A DNA stretch of 64,000 nt from Setoptus koraiensis (taxonomy: Eukaryota > Animalia > Arthropoda): contig CM106586.1 of assembly GCA_048013815.1 (NCBI GenBank), forward strand, positions 2,542,001 to 2,606,000. Reading direction: 5' to 3'. Below, piece by piece: positions 13,336 through 24,098 of this stretch (positions are counted from its first letter, which is position 1; every line of letters starts with the position of its first letter). Under the pieces are notes generated by a model. It had not been told where the DNA came from. It did not search any database and was given only the letters and a program-made list of their open reading frames with translations. The translations under genes were made by a program, and so were the position numbers.

Positions 13336-13893
13336 AAAAATAGCACGGTGAAAGCTGTACTGTGAGAAATAAACTGGATAAAATTAGAACTATACAATTA
13401 ACAGAAATGAGGTTAGTTGGACAAAATTTTGAATTTGACACTGATGATTTAACTGTTATAACTTGCGCACTCACGGGAAAGGCCGCGTACAACGTTTCTG
13501 GAAACACTCTTCATAGTCTTTTCAGGTTTCCTGTTAATCAAAATAAGAGGAATCGTGAGAAATTGATACCTTTGAATTCTTCCACCTTACAGGATTTCCA
13601 TGTTCGATTTTCCAATTTGAGTGTACTTATAATCGATGAAATATCGACGGTGGGACTCAATTTGTTAAAACAGGTTGATGAAAGATTGAAACAAATCATG
13701 GAAAATCCATAACCGTTCGGTGGTTTATCTGTAATTTGCGTTGGCGATTTAAATCAACTTCCACCACACACAGTAAGCTTCAGCTTGATTGAGACTTAAG
13801 TCACTCCACTTCCTCAGCACACAGAAAGCTATAGCCTCGGTAGTCATAAACTCCTCCGAATCTTCCGACGATACTCGTCCACACATAAAAATT
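13336..13893 (+). mobile_element. Internally deleted Helentron derivative (HINE flanks enclosing a helicase relic)
   Basis: 13336-13395 matches the reverse complement of 26270-26330 (5'-proximal part of the 24099-26412 element). 13800-13893 matches the reverse complement of ~24130-24230 (its 3'-proximal part) and breaks off inside the subTIR. Confidence 0.7.
13430..13770 (+). pseudogene. PIF1-family (SF1B) helicase fragment of Helitron/Helentron type
   Basis: CALTGKAAYNVSGNTLHSLF, VLIIDEIS (motif II), in-frame stop at 13710-13712, then PFGGLSVICVGDLNQLPP (motif III). Walker A and the C-terminal motifs are absent. Confidence 0.9.
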
Positions 13894-14289
13894 AGATGGA
13901 TAGGAAGCAAACAAGAACAACGAGAATGTCCACCGCTGGTTTTGTGCACAAATCGGCTGTCCAGGAGGAGCATCAGAAAAAGATGAATGAATTACGCGAT
14001 CCTGAAGATCACGCACAAATATCCACACACGGTATGATGGTGGATTTCACAGGATATTTACCAATTGTGCTATGGTGATTCACGCGCTGTGTGCTTGTGA
14101 ATAGTCAGACTTTCTATGCCAGTGAATATTCACGTACCGATTTATTTGTGGATATTCACAGTTTCCGATCTCTAGAGTCGAGCGCTGTGTGCTTGCAAAC
14201 ATTAGCACTAGTATTATCATTGCTAAGTGAGTGTAGGCTGGAATGTTCTTGGGAGGTGGGAGGTACACTCAAGCTCGAGACTCGAAAGT

Positions 14290-14730
14290 TCGTCCACCTG
14301 AGCAGTACTCAGCTCAGCTCTGGAGCTAGGCTGAGCAGTACTCAGCTGTGCCAAAGAGCTGAGCTGAACAGTATCCAGCTCTGCTGGATAGCTGAGCTGA
14401 GCTGAGCGTAGAGATAGGAATTGCTATATAGAGGTCGATTAACACGTGAATTTTCTATCTCTACGCTCAGCTCAACTCAGCTCAACTCAGCTCAACTCAG
14501 CTCAGCTCAGCTCAGCTCAGCTCAGCTCAGCTCAGCTCAGCTCAGCTCAGCTCAGCTCAGCTCAGCTATCCAGCAGAGCTGAATACTGTTCAGCTCAGCT
14601 CTCTGGCACAGCTGAGTACTGCTCAGCTCTGCTGGATAGCTGAGCTGAGTACTGTTCAGCTCAGGTGACTCAGCTGAGCTGAGCTGAATTTGAGAGCTGA
14701 AGAATCAGCCTCAGCTCAGCTCAGCTAACA
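14290..14730. repeat. (CTCAG)n pentanucleotide-based foldback / MITE-like element
   Basis: Inverted arms centred at ~14432 (gctgagcgtagagatag / ctatctctacgctcagc). The right arm has an expanded (ctcag)n tract at ~14466-14565. Confidence 0.8.
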
Positions 14731-14744
14731 TCACTAATGTAGGG

Positions 14745-15030
14745 CTGTGCCATACACAATCTGTGCAAGTCTAATCAATTTTGTGTTTCTAGTATTGGTT
14801 CTATAGGCCATTCTGGATCATGTGAGCTCATATATTGTATGTGATATCTGGTAAGATATGCCCATACAGTACGTGGCATTTTTGAAACTGTTCTCACCAG
14901 GATAAGTTCTTGAGACTTTCTGAAGACAGCTAGCACAGTGCCATTCACAATCTGTGCAAGTCTAATCAATTTTTGATGTCTGCCACTCATTACTTCGCAA
15001 GAAACTATCTCCACATCTTGAATCATTAAC
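14745..15030. repeat. Diverged copies related to the 157-bp satellite
   Basis: aatctgtgcaagtctaatcaatttt at 14758 and 14949, plus tgttctcacc, matching units at 24600-25400. Confidence 0.6.
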
Positions 15031-15035
15031 TTGAA

Positions 15036-15480
15036 CAAGTGATACTGATTCCGTCAGTATCTCGAGCGCTTAATTTTTTGGATAGACGAGTATCGTTGGA
15101 ATATGGATGCGAGTTTGTGACACCATGTCAGAGATGAACATCTATGCCTGTCAGATCAGAGTAGTCGGTCAACATGTGTATCACGTTGTGATAGGAATTT
15201 GAAGAACTTGTATTTATTATGTCATCTTTTCGGCTACTCTGATTCGACAGGCATAGATGTTCAACTCCGACATGTTATCACATACTCGCATCTATATTTG
15301 AACGATACTTGATCGCTATGATGCATCCGCATTTTCATGCACTATTTTATTTTCGAAAATCAGCCATAGTTTCCAAGTTTGTCAAGATAAAATTGCCAAT
15401 TTTCGCACACTAGATAGCCATAGATAGACTGTTCGACAGTGCGAATTTGGTGGCTTTCGAATGAATTTTTCAATCTTTTT
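15036..15480 (-). mobile_element. HINE 3' arm with an internal ~85-bp-arm foldback; near-identical to 19829-20272
   Basis: Terminal motif caagtgatactgattccgtcagtatctcgagcgcttaatttttt. ~15080-15168 pairs with ~15231-15310. Only about 3 differences from the 19829 copy were seen. Confidence 0.75.
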
Positions 15481-16738
15481 AGCGCTTAATTTTAATTAAG
15501 CTGCTATTGATGTGGTTCTGGCAGATACGTTTATTCACGTGACTATGTAATCCTATGGAGGTTGGACTTAGTCAAATTTGTGAGAATCCTGCTAGACATT
15601 ACACATGTATTCCTATATAGATTCGACTTGGTCTATTATCGCTTCACTCGAAAATATTTCGTATGCGATCTTATGTAGATTTGACTAGGTCGAATTTGTG
15701 AGGAGTTCGGTGGTGACAAATCGAACTTCGAAATTGAAAATTCGAATTTCTAATGGGAGTTTCAGCTGCTAGTTCGAAGTTAGTGGTTCAGTGTTCTTAG
15801 TTTCATGGTCAGAGTTCGGTGGTCACATTTCGAACTTCGAACTTCGAAATTCGAAATTGAAAATTCGATTTTCTGATGATTGTTTCAGCTGCTTCGTCGA
15901 AGTTCGATGGTCAGGGTTCCGTGGTCAGAGTTCGATGGTGTCAATTCGAATTTCGAACTTCGAAATTGAAAATTGAAAATTCGAATTTCTGTTGACAGTT
16001 TCATCTGCTCGTTCGATGTTCGATGGTCAGAGTTCGATGGTCAGAGTTCGATGGTCACATTTCGAACTTCGAAATTCGAAATTGAAAATTCGAATTTCTG
16101 ATGATAGTTTCATCTGCTCGTTCGATGTTCGTTGGTCAGAGTTCGATGGTCACATTTCGAACTTCGAAATTCGAAATTGAAAAATTCGGATTTCCGATAC
16201 TAGTTCCAGGTGCTCGTACAGAGTTCGATGGTCACAATTCGAAGTTCGATGGTGATAATTCGAAGTTCGATGGTCACAATTCGAACTTTGAAATTCGAAA
16301 TTGAAAATTCGAATTCCTGATAAGAGTTTCAGCTGCTTTGTCGGAGTTCGATGGTCAGAGTTCCGTGGTCAATGTTCGATGGTCACATTCCGAAGTTTGG
16401 TGGTAACAATTCGGAGATCGATGGTCACATTTCGAACTTCGAAATTCAAAATTGATGCACTGTAACAAAGTGTGCGCCATTGACTAATTGGTGTGTCTAA
16501 CTTAATTACTCATTGCGGATTACTATTAGAATCGTACGCAAGAAATCAACATGTGTATCATGCTGCGATAGAAATTTGGAGAACTTGTATTTATTCTGTC
16601 ATCTTTTCGGCTACTCTGATTTGGCAGGCTTAGATATTATCTCCGACATGTTGTCACATACTCGCATCTATATTCCAACGATACTCGTCTATCCAAAAAA
16701 TTAAGCGCTCGAGATACTGATAGAATCAGTGTTACTTG
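15481..16738 (+). mobile_element. Complete non-autonomous Helentron-like element (HINE), ~1.26 kb, with TTCGAA-rich internal satellite
   Basis: 5' T-run, then subTIR AGCGCTTAATTTT (15481-15493) folded with a short IR (gcttaatt-tt-aattaagc). At the 3' end, the perfect reverse complement AAAATTAAGCGCT (16697-16709), the stem-loop gagatactgat-aga-atcagtgttac (16711-16735), ttg, then TTTT. No TSD. This matches the published Helentron/DINE-1 architecture. Confidence 0.8.
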
Positions 16739-16849
16739 TTTTCCTGGTTCGCGGGATATTCTGGTTTCTCTGGTGCTCAGGGGGCGCCACACTCTATGGG
16801 AAAATGCATGTTATTCTGTGCGCCGTTTGTTGGATGGTTGGTTGGTTGT

Positions 16850-17650
16850 TGGTTTCAGTCCATTTGCTCGACGCAGTTTCAATACTTTATTTTTGGGACA
16901 TTGTTTGCCTTCGGGCGGTAATGAATATATCTCGTCACTCAATTCCTCATTTAGAAAAGCCGTAGTTATATCAAATTCTAGTAGGTCTAAGCCGAAAAAT
17001 ACCACGATGGCGAAGAATAAACGAATAGTGTCATGTCTTACTACGGGAGAGTAGGTTTCTGAGAAGTCTATTAAATAGCGTTGGCCAGATCCACGCGCTA
17101 CTAATCGCGCCGTGAATCTGTCGAGTTATCCGCCAGGCAGAGTTTCACGTTTGAATATCCAGCGAGTGCTAATGGACTTCCAACCGTGTGGCAACTCAGT
17201 TATGGAGCCAAGTTTGGTTGTCTTCTAAAGATCGGATTTCTTCATTAATTGCAGTTATCCAACTTGAGCTTTCTTCACAATTTATAGCTTGTGCTTAAGT
17301 TTCAGTTAGACTCATTAGACAGAGTGTTGGATGTTTTGACCTTCTTCATCTTAGTTGGTTTTGTCTGCCTCCTGTTCTTCTCATGAGATGCTGCAGCAGG
17401 AGCAGGTATGTCACTCTGAGTTGTACTTGCAGCAATTACTGGAGCAGGTGGCTCGACAGGTTGCCTAGAAACCGACTGACCAATGGTTTGCGTTGGAACT
17501 GGTTGCTCAACTACTGGAGATTGCACTCCATTAGAATCATTGAGGTCCATAGCTCCTATAGCTTCAAATTGCAAGTTTATCACAGGTGTATTTCCAATAG
17601 GAGCGAACACAGATAGCTGATTGGTGACAGATCCGGCAGCACCTTGACTA
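16850..17650 (-). pseudogene. Ty1/copia pol fragment (integrase-RT linker and RT N-terminal half), degraded
   Basis: WITAINEEIRSLEDNQTW (frameshift) ELPHGWKSISTRWIFKRE...*LDRFTARLVARG...DFSETYSPVV...FDITTAFLNEELSDEIY...PEG...KVLKL, canonical copia RT motifs. Contains a stop and a frameshift and ends before YVDD. Confidence 0.92.
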
Positions 17651-17651
17651 A

Positions 17652-18452
17652 CAGGCAATTATCTATCCAAAACGGATCCTCCTCACAGGAAGGCCTTGCT
17701 TAAGCAATTATAAAGGCAGTACTCACAAACTAGTGAATTCATCCTCTAATTGCATAACGTCCCTGCCCGAATTGACGGTGGACTCGTACTTAAACGCCAA
17801 TTTTAGCGAGAGAGGATACTCCTCTAAACTCGATCAATGGCAATACATGGCATGCTACCCCAACCTCAATCATAAAGATCCAAAGAAGGAGGTAAAAACA
17901 ACCAAAAATAAGGTCTATATCTATTGTATGGGCAAGACAATCAAAATAAATGGACAAGAAAAGAAATGCCCGCCGTTTGTGTTCAGTGTTAAACCCGAGC
18001 TAGAATGGACCACCAAACACCATTCATGGGCGACAGTTGCCAATCAATTCAACACCAAGTACGAGAACGACATCATCGACCCCAAATGGACGACTTTGTT
18101 ACGCGTTAGCTCACACCTAGAGGATACGGTGAAAATGATGGTCAAAATATCCGAGCTCATCAATATAACGGCAACCACTCGGTTGGCACCAGATACTACA
18201 AAGCTGCACGATGAAGACACTCCGTCAGGTACAATGTCAATCTTAGAAGTAATCGGAGCAACCGTAATGACAGTGGAGACCGTGATAATCATACTATGGG
18301 TGAAATACAACGGCCTAAAACGCAACGAACCAGTCGAGTTGCAAGAGGTGACGATACAAACCGAAACACCACGAGTGGCAGAAGCACCGAGGCGTCCGAA
18401 GGCGACTACTAGGGCAAGAGCCGAAAGTATTACGACAGACCCAACAAGATGA
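17652..18452 (+). pseudogene. Envelope-glycoprotein-like C-terminal half (Cys-containing ectodomain, TM helix, basic tail); 5'-truncated
   Basis: Open frame from 17652 with CLSNYKG...NSSSNC, YCMGKTIKINGQEKKCPPFVFS, several NxS/T sequons and a TM segment ILEVIGATVMTVETVIIILWV. It lies among TE debris; the family is not identified. Confidence 0.5.
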
Positions 18453-18457
18453 AATGA

Positions 18458-18525
18458 CAAGTAATACTGATCAAATCAGTATTTCGAGAGCTTAATTTTT
18501 CGTGTGGGCAAGTATCGTTGAAGGA
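18458..18525 (-). mobile_element. HINE 3' terminus stub (subfamily of 24099)
   Basis: caagtaatactgatcaaatcagtatttcgagagcttaatttttcgtgtgggcaagtatcgttgaagga, nearly identical to 24099-24166. Confidence 0.85.
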
Positions 18526-19828
18526 GCGGAACAACAAACCAAACCAGCTGGTGCTAGCGTGATTAAAAATTGTGGCCTTAATATAGTGACCAGAAAGCGA
18601 GCTCGTGCGAGCACGGCTGGTTTTGATATTGAAGGAAGGAAGAAGAAGGAAGCCGTGGAGGCCGAGGTATCCTCTGACTCTTATGTTGAGGAGCAGAGTG
18701 ACCAGAGCAGCGATGAAGCTCCCAATCCTTCGCCTGGAGCGTCTCGATCTAAAAATTCCATGGATGATGTTCAACCCTATCACTTCAACTACGAGAAGCA
18801 TCCGGCTCGATTCAACGAGATACAAGGGAAACCCGATAGATCCTATAAATCATCTTCTAGAAGGATTCAGCCTGGTAGTTGGTTGTCAGATTTCTCCCGA
18901 GAAGTTTCAGTACAGGCAAGATGTTACCAGTTTCCTACCTCCTCGTTGGTTCGGCAGCGGAAAGAGGACACGTGGCGATCCTTGTACGAACGATTTATTT
19001 CTTCCTGATATGTCACGGCTCCAAGGGTCTAGATGCAAAATCTTCAAGATGTGGGAAAATGGTAAGGTCCCATCTGACCGATATCAACAATATTCCTGCA
19101 TCATTGCTTACAGAGAGGGGCATTTCTATTACATTATGGTATCGTCCACTGTATTTCAAATCATCCTGCCTCATGGACATCTATTTAACAAGCCATCTTG
19201 CATCAGGCGAATTGTCTCGTTTGAGTTTGCATGAACGAGCCTCGTATTTGTGTCGTACGTTGGGGTTAAAAAACGGAATGTTACACGTTGTCTGCCTCGA
19301 TCTAAAATGCATTCAATAGGCTTTGCCGAATCACAACCGGTGGTTGCGGTACACAATCGACCATTTCTCCACTCCCTTTAGAGCATATCTGTCTTGATAA
19401 ATCCAGCGGACAGAAGAGGCCTTGGTCATTAACTGTTGCGCTGTAGTCCCGAGACTTAAGGTTCCAGAGGGACTGTTTCCCTCGAATTCGGCTTCTGGCA
19501 GATCGCAGAGGCAGAAGTCTGCTTGAATGTATGGTAGACATAGCCTTTCCTTATGGCACTGCGGAAAGGTTACGAACTGCGTTTTCAATACCTAACTGAA
19601 GTCCACATATACCCGATTGTGTTAGTACACCTATGGAGAATGACTCGCTGTCCGGTATAGAAAATACATAGTCTGGGCATTTGGATTGTTTCTTCCGTAA
19701 TTCTTCTGTTGTAATGTTATCGGTGATGTTAGATATGGCTAGTGTGAACTCAAAATTCTCCGGTAGCTTGAGTATTAATCTCTCTAATCTCTCTGGTCTG
19801 TTCTTTGATTCATATGCATTAACGGTTC

Positions 19829-20272
19829 AGTGATACTGATTCCGTCAGTATCTCGAGCGCTTAATTTTTTGGATAGACGAGTATCGTTGGAATATGGATG
19901 CGAGTTTGTGACACCATGTCAGAGATGAACATCTATGCCTGTCAGATCAGAGTAGTCGGTCAACATGTGTATCACGTTGTGATAGGAATTTGAAGAACTT
20001 GTATTTATTATGTCATCTTTACGGCTACTCTGATTCGACAGGCATAGATGTTCAACTCCGACATGTTATCACATACTCGCATCTATATTTAAACGGTACT
20101 TGATCGCTATGATGCATCCGCATTTTCATGCACTATTTTATTTTCGAAAATCAGCCATAGTTTCCAAGTTTGTCAAGATAAAATTGCCAATTTTCGCACA
20201 CTAGATAGCCATAGATAGACTGTTCGACAGTGCGAATTTGGTGGCTTTCGAATGAATTTTTCAATCTTTTTT
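19829..20272 (-). mobile_element. HINE 3' arm, recent duplicate of 15036-15480
   Basis: Near base-for-base identity over ~440 bp. It continues as tcaatcttttttt|cttgg, the T-run that is occupied by another HINE at 15481 in the sister copy. Confidence 0.8.
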
Positions 20273-20280
20273 TCTTGGAA

Positions 20281-20475
20281 ACTTTAACAAAGAAATTGAG
20301 AGACTCAAATCTCCATAAGGTTAACATGTGTAATGTTTAGATACTTTAACACGGGAATCGAGGGACTCAAATCTCCATAGAGTTAACATGTGTAATGTTT
20401 AGATACTTTAACATGGTAATCGAGAGACTCAAATCTCCATAGAGTTAACATGTGTAATGTTTAGATACTTTAACA
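20281..20475. repeat. 62-bp tandem repeat, ~3.1 copies
   Basis: actttaaca at 20281, 20343, 20405 and 20467. Confidence 0.95.
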
Positions 20476-20999
20476 TCAATCAACCATTGATCAAATTGGA
20501 CTAAGCAGGCTAACTGAGCAGAGTGTTGGTGAGTCATTATTTGTAGCACTTTGACTTGATCATTAAGGTTCTGTTGATTCACCAACAACTCATGCTCGTG
20601 CTATATTTAGTATATGTCGATCATTTATTTGATGTGTGTAGTTTTCAAAGAACTCTTCCCTTTTAGATGCCTTGAATGTGATGTTGTTGTGTGCATGACA
20701 CTCGATGCAACAGCGCATAAGAGTATATGCGCACACAACAACATTACATCAATGTGGAGCACGGCTAGGCGCGACAAGCGCGCGCCATACCACACATTGT
20801 ACAGATTCACATACACATATTTAATTGCCTTTTCTGCTGAGGTCTTTGTTCACTAGAGAGACTATCTTGTCCTGATTCTAACCGCAAGGACTAGTCTTTC
20901 GAAAACCAGACCAGAAACTGGAGGATAACTGGTAGAGGGAAGGCTAGAACTGACTCGTCCTATCATTCACTACATGCGCGGACTGGCTGATCCTTGATG

Positions 21000-21875
21000 A
21001 AATCAGTCCATGTGAATATTGTAATTTCTGAACATGTTCTCACCACTAAATTTTCGCGGAAACTCGCACAGATATCTAATGAAATACTAGTCAATCTGTG
21101 CAAGTTTGATCAAAAGTTTATTCCCCGTTTTCGCAGCATCACAAATCTTCGAACACCCATGTTCATGTGAATATCGTGATTCCTGGATATGTTCTCACCC
21201 CTAGAATTTCGTGAAAATTTGCACAAAGCATCTCATCTGTTTGAAATTGTTCCTGTTCCTCTTTCCATTCTCCGCTATGTCTTGATTACGCATCGTCATC
21301 ATTATCAAATTATTCTCCTCGTTGGGATCTGTCCATACTATTCTACTATGTCCAATTATTAAATATCGTAGTTGTCTACAAATCATCTCTCTGTGTAAAT
21401 AATGACGATTGTTCGCATCCATTCTCCTGCTACGCTCGATTCATCTGGTAAACATCTTACCCTCAGATATAATATTCATCTAATGTTTAGATCACACGCA
21501 ACCTTCTTTGAGTAGTAATCATTCATATTCAGTTGCAACTTCTGTCACCCAGTTTAACCGTAACTGTGCTACTCACGCCCAGCACTAGTTAGCATCGCAG
21601 CATTGAGCGTGTTACTCTCGTCTAGTTTTATCCACAATAGCATCAACAGTGCTGAGAAGCAGTAGTTATTCTGAGTAGCTTCTACTGTTATACAATCTTC
21701 TAGATTCAACACCTCTAGCTTCCGGTGCACTAGATCCGAATTGTATACAGATAGCCTTCTGCTGTGCTAAATTCATCTAGATAGAATCTCAGTATTGAGC
21801 GTGATACTCTCGTCTAGTTATATCTACAATAGCATTAACAGTGCTGATAAGCAGTAGTTATTCTGAATAGCTTTA
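21000..21875. repeat. Partial direct duplicate of the interior of the 24099-26412 HINE (157-bp units, unique spacer, 192-bp units)
   Basis: ~21230-21870 aligns with ~25418-26060. The ttgagcgt anchors at 21603 and 21795 are 192 bp apart. Confidence 0.85.
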
Positions 21876-21879
21876 AGGT

Positions 21880-22105
21880 CACTTCTTCACTTCCGGTATA
21901 CCCCCAGAAAAACAAGGGTACCCGGGTGTACCTTGATGATACCCGAAATTTTTTCGGGTACGTCGCTGAGACATCGGGTATCTCAGAACGCCCACTGTGC
22001 GGTACCTCGGTTATCTCAGAAACCGAACATTTCTACATCTTATAAATACCTACTCGGGTATCAGGGTACTATACTCTACCCAAAAATACCCAAAATACCC
22101 TAATC
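21880..22105. repeat. Family B module (gggtaccc / tacccaaaatacc)
   Basis: Matches 8880-9050 and 29890-30015. Internal hairpin tacccgaaa...ttcgggta. Confidence 0.7.
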
Positions 22106-22181
22106 TGGTGGGTGCCTACTTCGCAAGTATAACCAAAAATTCATGTCAATATTGCAAAAATTTCAAAAAACGTGAGCTTAA

Positions 22182-22807
22182 GGGGGGGTTCGGGTTTATA
22201 ATGCACAAAAATGTGCACATTTCTTAGAGCACGCATGCGCAATTCAGACATGCTGGAGTCGTGTTGTGTGCACAGGAAGTGTGCCGAACAGTGCCGTTTC
22301 GAATGCTTGAAATAACTTATAATAACTTATATTCAAAGAGATGTCGTTTATATGCAGAACAAATCTAATGAATACAAGTTAAAATATATTTGCTGTTTTA
22401 CTTTTGTTTTACTGGTGTTTTGGCCACAACAAAGAATACGCGTGTTTGGAGAACAATGATGTTTTGATTACAACGCGCGCGTTTGCTTCCGGTGTCTGCC
22501 AGCATTCAAACACAGTCGCGCGCGCGTCTTCTGTGCCACGTGGCACATATGCCAGCTATTAACAATGGGACGGTCACGGTGTGTTGCGCGCACATTGTCA
22601 CATGTGCGCACATCTGTGCGCATAGACGGCACTCTGTGCGCGCGGTTTGAATCAAATTCTTATGCAACTTTTAATGCATATTGGAGCATTTCTGTTCAGC
22701 CGATTTCCAAAACGGCTGAACAGAAATGAGGCTAGAGCAATGTAGAATCCAAATTCGCAAAGAAAAAAAAAATGTAAAAATTTCAACTTCTTAACCCGAA
22801 CCCCCCC
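22182..22807. mobile_element. Kolobok-like MITE, 626 bp
   Basis: 15-bp TIRs GGGGGGGTTCGGGTT / AACCCGAACCCCCCC flanked by TTAA (22178-22181) and TCAA (22808-22811). Perfect internal 16-bp stem at 22687-22728. GG termini with a TTAA TSD are typical of Kolobok. Confidence 0.7.
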
Positions 22808-22862
22808 TCAAGAATAGCGTATTCTTTTAGCTCTTAATCTGGAGAGTTCAGAAAAGCTATAG

Positions 22863-23159
22863 TCAAGTCAGTTCGAGTGTCATCGAAGAAGAAGTTTACC
22901 TTGTCAGTTACATTTGGCAACAATGAATCATGTAGAAAGGATTGAGACGCATATGACCGCCCTCGAGTCGATACTACTAAGCATGGAATTAGTACTATTC
23001 ATTGCATTGTTGATATTGGCCATGTGGCGCAAGAAGTTGTTGTACAAACTTATACTAATGTGCGCCAAGTGTTGCTCATGTCGCAAGGCACAACGCGCCA
23101 GAAACAACGAAGCAACCGCCGGCATACCACCGCCAGGCCACGCCTTGGCTCAGCTATGA
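22863..23159 (+). pseudogene. Fragment encoding a TM helix plus Cys-rich cytoplasmic tail (glycoprotein C-terminus-like)
   Basis: ...LLSMELVLFIALLILAMWRKK...MCAKCCSCRK...*; the open frame is bounded upstream by a stop next to the MITE. Confidence 0.4.
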
Positions 23160-23291
23160 GCAACAACGACTTGGTCAGAGTGCGGTGTCCCTAGTAAACA
23201 CATCGGCTGACGCATGTGAAAGTCAGCCGACAACGTATCTAGCGGTTAGGACACCACTCGTACAAGAGCATGTACCGCCTATGATGAAGAT

Positions 23292-24098
23292 GTGGCATCA
23301 CGATTGTGGACCAAATGGTCACTAACAGCAACCACTTCCTGTATCTTAATATTGTGCGATTATACTGTAGATGCCTGTACACCCAACGATAGACAAAATG
23401 GCGTCCAACGTCAAACATGCGGCCGACATGCTTATCAACAACTGCTAAACGAAGCGTGCCTTAAGCGAACAATGATCACTGGCGTCTTGTACGACAATAA
23501 AGTATCAAGTTAATACGGCGAACGAAAACACATGCTACCATAAACACACAACCGTACACAAAGTATGCAATTACACACATACAAGCACGGACAAATCAAA
23601 CTATACACCAAACACTGTGCCTCCAACATACACCAAAGTGGGGCGCTCGAACAATAACAAGAGTTAAATTTTGGCCATGTGTTGCAGCCTACCAAGATGC
23701 TGCGAGGCGACTCATTATTGTACTTGCAGCATTGTTATCAAACCATGTTGGTTGATGAGGCGACCCATTCGTTATTGAGCCAATTCGTTGATCACGATGG
23801 TGATCAACGGATCAACTCTTCCAGCCGACCTAACACAGTCGTCACAGTCAACCGCAACTACTAACCGAGTTAACACCAGAATAAAATCAAAAAGAATATC
23901 CAATAACAAATATACAAGTCCATAAGCAAACTAAAGACGCCGTAAAGCAAATCCAGGGAGTCTCGGATGAGCAAATAAAGTTGGAAAACAAACTAATCGA
24001 CTCGGTCAATGCCATCCGAGACCGAGTGGTGAGCGACACTATCGAACTCCACAAAGCCGGCAATAAAATAAACTCCAAAATCGAAGAGCTAGCACAAA
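23292..24098 (+). pseudogene. Degraded envelope-like gene, N-terminal part (signal-like start, Cys-rich region, basic site plus hydrophobic peptide, heptad-like helix); continues at 26413-26526
   Basis: MASRLWTKWSLTATTSCILILC...; DAARR-LIIVLAALLS at ~23700; amphipathic QIKLENKLIDSVNAIRDRVVSDTIELHKAGNKINSKIEELAQ. Several stops and frameshifts. Confidence 0.45.

Noticed and set aside
12695-13507. Long ORFs spanning the N run
   Set aside because: Artefacts of translating the gap.
11187-16304. ORFs with repeated RWSHFELRNSKLK peptides, and the SSAQL ORFs at 14091-14643
   Set aside because: Translations of tandem DNA repeats, with no sign of coding function.
15720-16450. Heat-shock element arrays in the TTCGAA satellite, as reported for nematode Helitrons
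   Set aside because: GAA/TTC spacing is mostly 0 or 1 nt; I found no run of three correctly spaced nGAAn units.
15036-16738. A single TIR/foldback (P/Galileo-like) element with CAAGT...ACTTG ends
   Set aside because: No TSD, and an internal 5' subTIR at 15481 shows it is one HINE nested in another of opposite orientation.
23292-23760. Insulin-like peptide (TCGRHAYQQLLNEAC plus downstream CC...C)
   Set aside because: Cys spacing is off by one, the putative A chain is in another frame after stops with no splice sites found, and the context fits a decayed env-like gene better.
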